From assembly GCF_036321535.1 (NCBI RefSeq), contig NC_087437.1, positions 4,216,001-4,280,000 on the forward strand: a stretch of DNA of 64,000 bases. The letters are read 5' to 3'. Shown one piece after another: positions 62,875-64,000 of this stretch. The notes below the pieces were generated by a model, which saw nothing but the letters and a program-made list of their open reading frames with translations, did not search any database and was not told the DNA's origin. Numbering within the stretch: position 1 is the stretch's first letter; every line of letters starts with the position of its first letter. The stretch comes from Camelus dromedarius. Lineage: Eukaryota. Made by a program: the position numbers and the translations under genes.

Positions 62875-63097
62875 ATGCTAGTATTTGTTGAGTCCTTAAC
62901 ATGGCTCAGATACTTTCTCAGTGCTTTATACATATTAGCTTATTTAATCCTTGCAACAGTCCTACAGGGAGGTACAACTACTGTAGCCACGTGACAGATG
63001 AGGAAACAGGCACAGAGTGGCTTGGTAAGTGGTGGACCCAGCACCCTAACCCAGACAAGGCGACTGCAGAGCCATAAGCTCTTAACCACTGTGCTGT
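62875..63097 (-). mobile_element. MIR SINE
   Basis: tttaatccttgcaacagtcct...acagatgaggaaacaggcacagag...ctcttaaccactgtgctg. Confidence 0.7.
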
Positions 63098-63714
63098 GAG
63101 CACTACACAAAATCTGTGAACTCGCAGAACTTACACAGTCACTATTCTTTACCCTCTATGTTTGTGTCAACTATAATTATTGTATATGTTCCCAACTTGG
63201 CTCAAAAATCCAACAGCTACTCATATTTCTTTCTTCATTAAACCCTTGTGAAAACTGTTCTCTCACTGGTGGTTATACTCAGTTTTACAAATTACTTTTA
63301 ATTTCAGCATTTCTCCCCATGAGCTCACAATCAATCAGAAATCTTCATGGGAAATTACAATCTTACAGAAATTCCACCAAGTCAAAGTTGTCCATTATTA
63401 ATAGGGAAGTAGATAAAATGACCAATACTCAAAAATGGTGATGCCTTCAATGAGACACCAAAGGTGTAAGTGCCGAATTTTATTCTACAGTTGACCTTTC
63501 CAGGAGTTCTTTTGAAATTGCTAATCATACAGGAAGATTGAGAGAATCATTGGAAACTAGATTTGAAAGACATCCTATAGATCATTTAGATTAAACTCTT
63601 ATTTTGCCAAGGAGGAAATTGAGGCTTCCCAGAAGTTGGTGGCTAAATCATATCAGCAACGACTTTCAAATCTATACACACTATATTCTAATACACCCTA
63701 TATTTGACTTATTC

Positions 63715-64000
63715 ATTAACTTAATTATTGGGACATAATTCACACCGTATAAAATTTAACCTTTAAAGTAGACAGTTTAATGTGTTTTAGTAGATTAACA
63801 GGATTTGCAGCCATTCTCACTAATACCAAAACATTTTCATGACCCTCAAAGAAACTCCATACCCATGAGCTGTTACTCCCAATTCTCCCCTTCCCAGAGT
63901 TCCCAGAAACCATTGATCTGCTTTCTTATTTATGGATTTACCCATTCTAGACATTAATATAAGTGGAACCATGTATTATGTGATCTTTTGTGTTTGGATT
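63715..64000 (-). mobile_element. Old L1M 3' region fragment
   Basis: acataattcaca...aaagtagacagttt...aaacattttcatgaccctcaaagaaactcc...attctagacatt motif. Confidence 0.65.

Noticed and set aside
1..64000. CRISPR arrays, operons or other prokaryotic systems; COL6A6, COL6A4 or COL6A3 identity
   Set aside because: The sequence is a spliced mammalian gene with no repeat-spacer array, and the peptides match COL6A5 rather than its paralogues as I recall them.

Overview
This is mammalian genomic DNA, probably camelid, judging by a tRNA-Ala-derived SINE family resembling vic-1 plus artiodactyl-type L1 3' ends. The window holds most of COL6A5 (collagen VI alpha-5) on the minus strand. I reconstructed 34 coding exons by hand (62675 down to 2671; 6475 nt = 2158 codons + 1 nt). 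All introns are GT-AG, phases are consistent, and there is no stop or frameshift. The product runs signal peptide, seven N-terminal VWA domains, a short interrupted Gly-X-Y helix, then C-terminal VWA domains C1 and C2. The 5' non-coding exon/promoter and the last coding exons lie outside the window. Introns carry SINEs, L1 3' fragments (several nested), MER DNA transposons, LTR-like, MIR and L2 relics, and microsatellites. I found no convincing new biological system. The best leads are a 12-nt Cys-coding microexon, UG-repeat-linked cryptic splice sites, CpG-island-like exons, a SINE beside a splice acceptor, and nested or chimeric retroposons. Repeat family names and human comparisons are from memory, not from searches.
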